Source: Vulcanimicrobiota bacterium (GTDB lineage: Bacteria > Vulcanimicrobiota > Vulcanimicrobiia > Vulcanimicrobiales > Vulcanimicrobiaceae). Taken from it: 64,000 nucleotides of DNA. Below are positions 63,597-64,000 of this stretch, in pieces. A model generated the notes under the pieces. The model worked only from the letters and a program-made list of their open reading frames with translations, was not told the DNA's origin and ran no database searches. Location of the stretch: positions 512,001-576,000 of the forward strand of contig CAWCIZ010000003.1 of NCBI GenBank assembly GCA_963795855.1. Direction: 5' to 3'. Position 1 is the first letter of the stretch; each line of letters opens with the position of its first letter. Position numbers and translations under genes: made by a program.

Positions 63597-63771
63597 GCAG
63601 CGAAATCATCGCGACGCCGGAGACGATTGCGGAGATCATCACCGCGACGCGGTCGTTGAAGTGGTGGGGCACGACGAACCTGAGCAACAGTACGGTGATG
63701 ACGATGAAGATCGCAGCCCAGATGAGGAGCCAAAGCAATTCGCGGCCGATGGAAGATTGCGAACCTTGCAC
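63571..63771 (-). CDS. Small two-TM membrane protein
   Basis: 66 aa with two hydrophobic helices; overlaps the trmH start. Confidence 0.55.
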   Translation of the reverse strand: MQGSQSSIGRELLWLLIWAAIFIVITVLLLRFVVPHHFNDRVAVMISAIVSGVAMISLRAYVTRRA

Positions 63772-63820
63772 GCTTGCTTCTACGAGGCCCGGCGGAGGTA
63801 TTCCGTTAATCGTCCCGCCT

Positions 63821-64000
63821 ATGAGCGAACTGCCGCGATTGGCCTCGTCACAGGAAATTTACAAAGGCCGCGTCTTCCGCCTTCGCGTGGACACGGTCGA
63901 AGACGACGAGGGCCGCACGCACCGTCTCGACATCGTCGAGCATCCGGGTTCTTACGCCATTGCCGCGCTGCCCGCGCCCGATCGATTGGTGCTCGTGCGG
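63821..64000 (+). CDS. NUDIX hydrolase (ADP-ribose pyrophosphatase-like), partial
   Basis: MSELPRLASSQEIYKGRVFRLRVD...IVEHPG...LVLVR. Confidence 0.75.
   Translation, partial: MSELPRLASSQEIYKGRVFRLRVDTVEDDEGRTHRLDIVEHPGSYAIAALPAPDRLVLVR

Overview
GC-rich bacterial chromosomal segment. The combination of LptD/LptFG with CIRCE, YqzL and copper-amine-oxidase-N proteins suggests a diderm Terrabacteria lineage such as Eremiobacterota (inference). Left to right: an unannotated metallothionein; an LPS-transport/lytic transglycosylase unit; an ECF sigma/anti-sigma/protein-mannosyltransferase unit; a dcw cluster (mraZ to ddl, no ftsQAZ) with two unusual inserts (a CofE-like ligase and DUF2332); citrate synthase (apparent CTG start) with hisBHA; alr; a complete 2954-bp IS1595-family element with 30-bp TIRs, an 8-bp TSD, passenger genes and several structured-RNA candidates, inserted just upstream of the CIRCE-controlled groESL promoter; lipoproteins; hsp20-lon with a second CIRCE; a selD(Sec)-glpK-glpD-AKR-CDO operon; an aminotransferase; cvpA; pheT/pheS preceded by a YqzL-like ORF and a terminator; trmH; and a partial NUDIX gene. 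Many single-base frameshifts, including in essential genes and densest after about 58 kb, look like sequencing or assembly errors.
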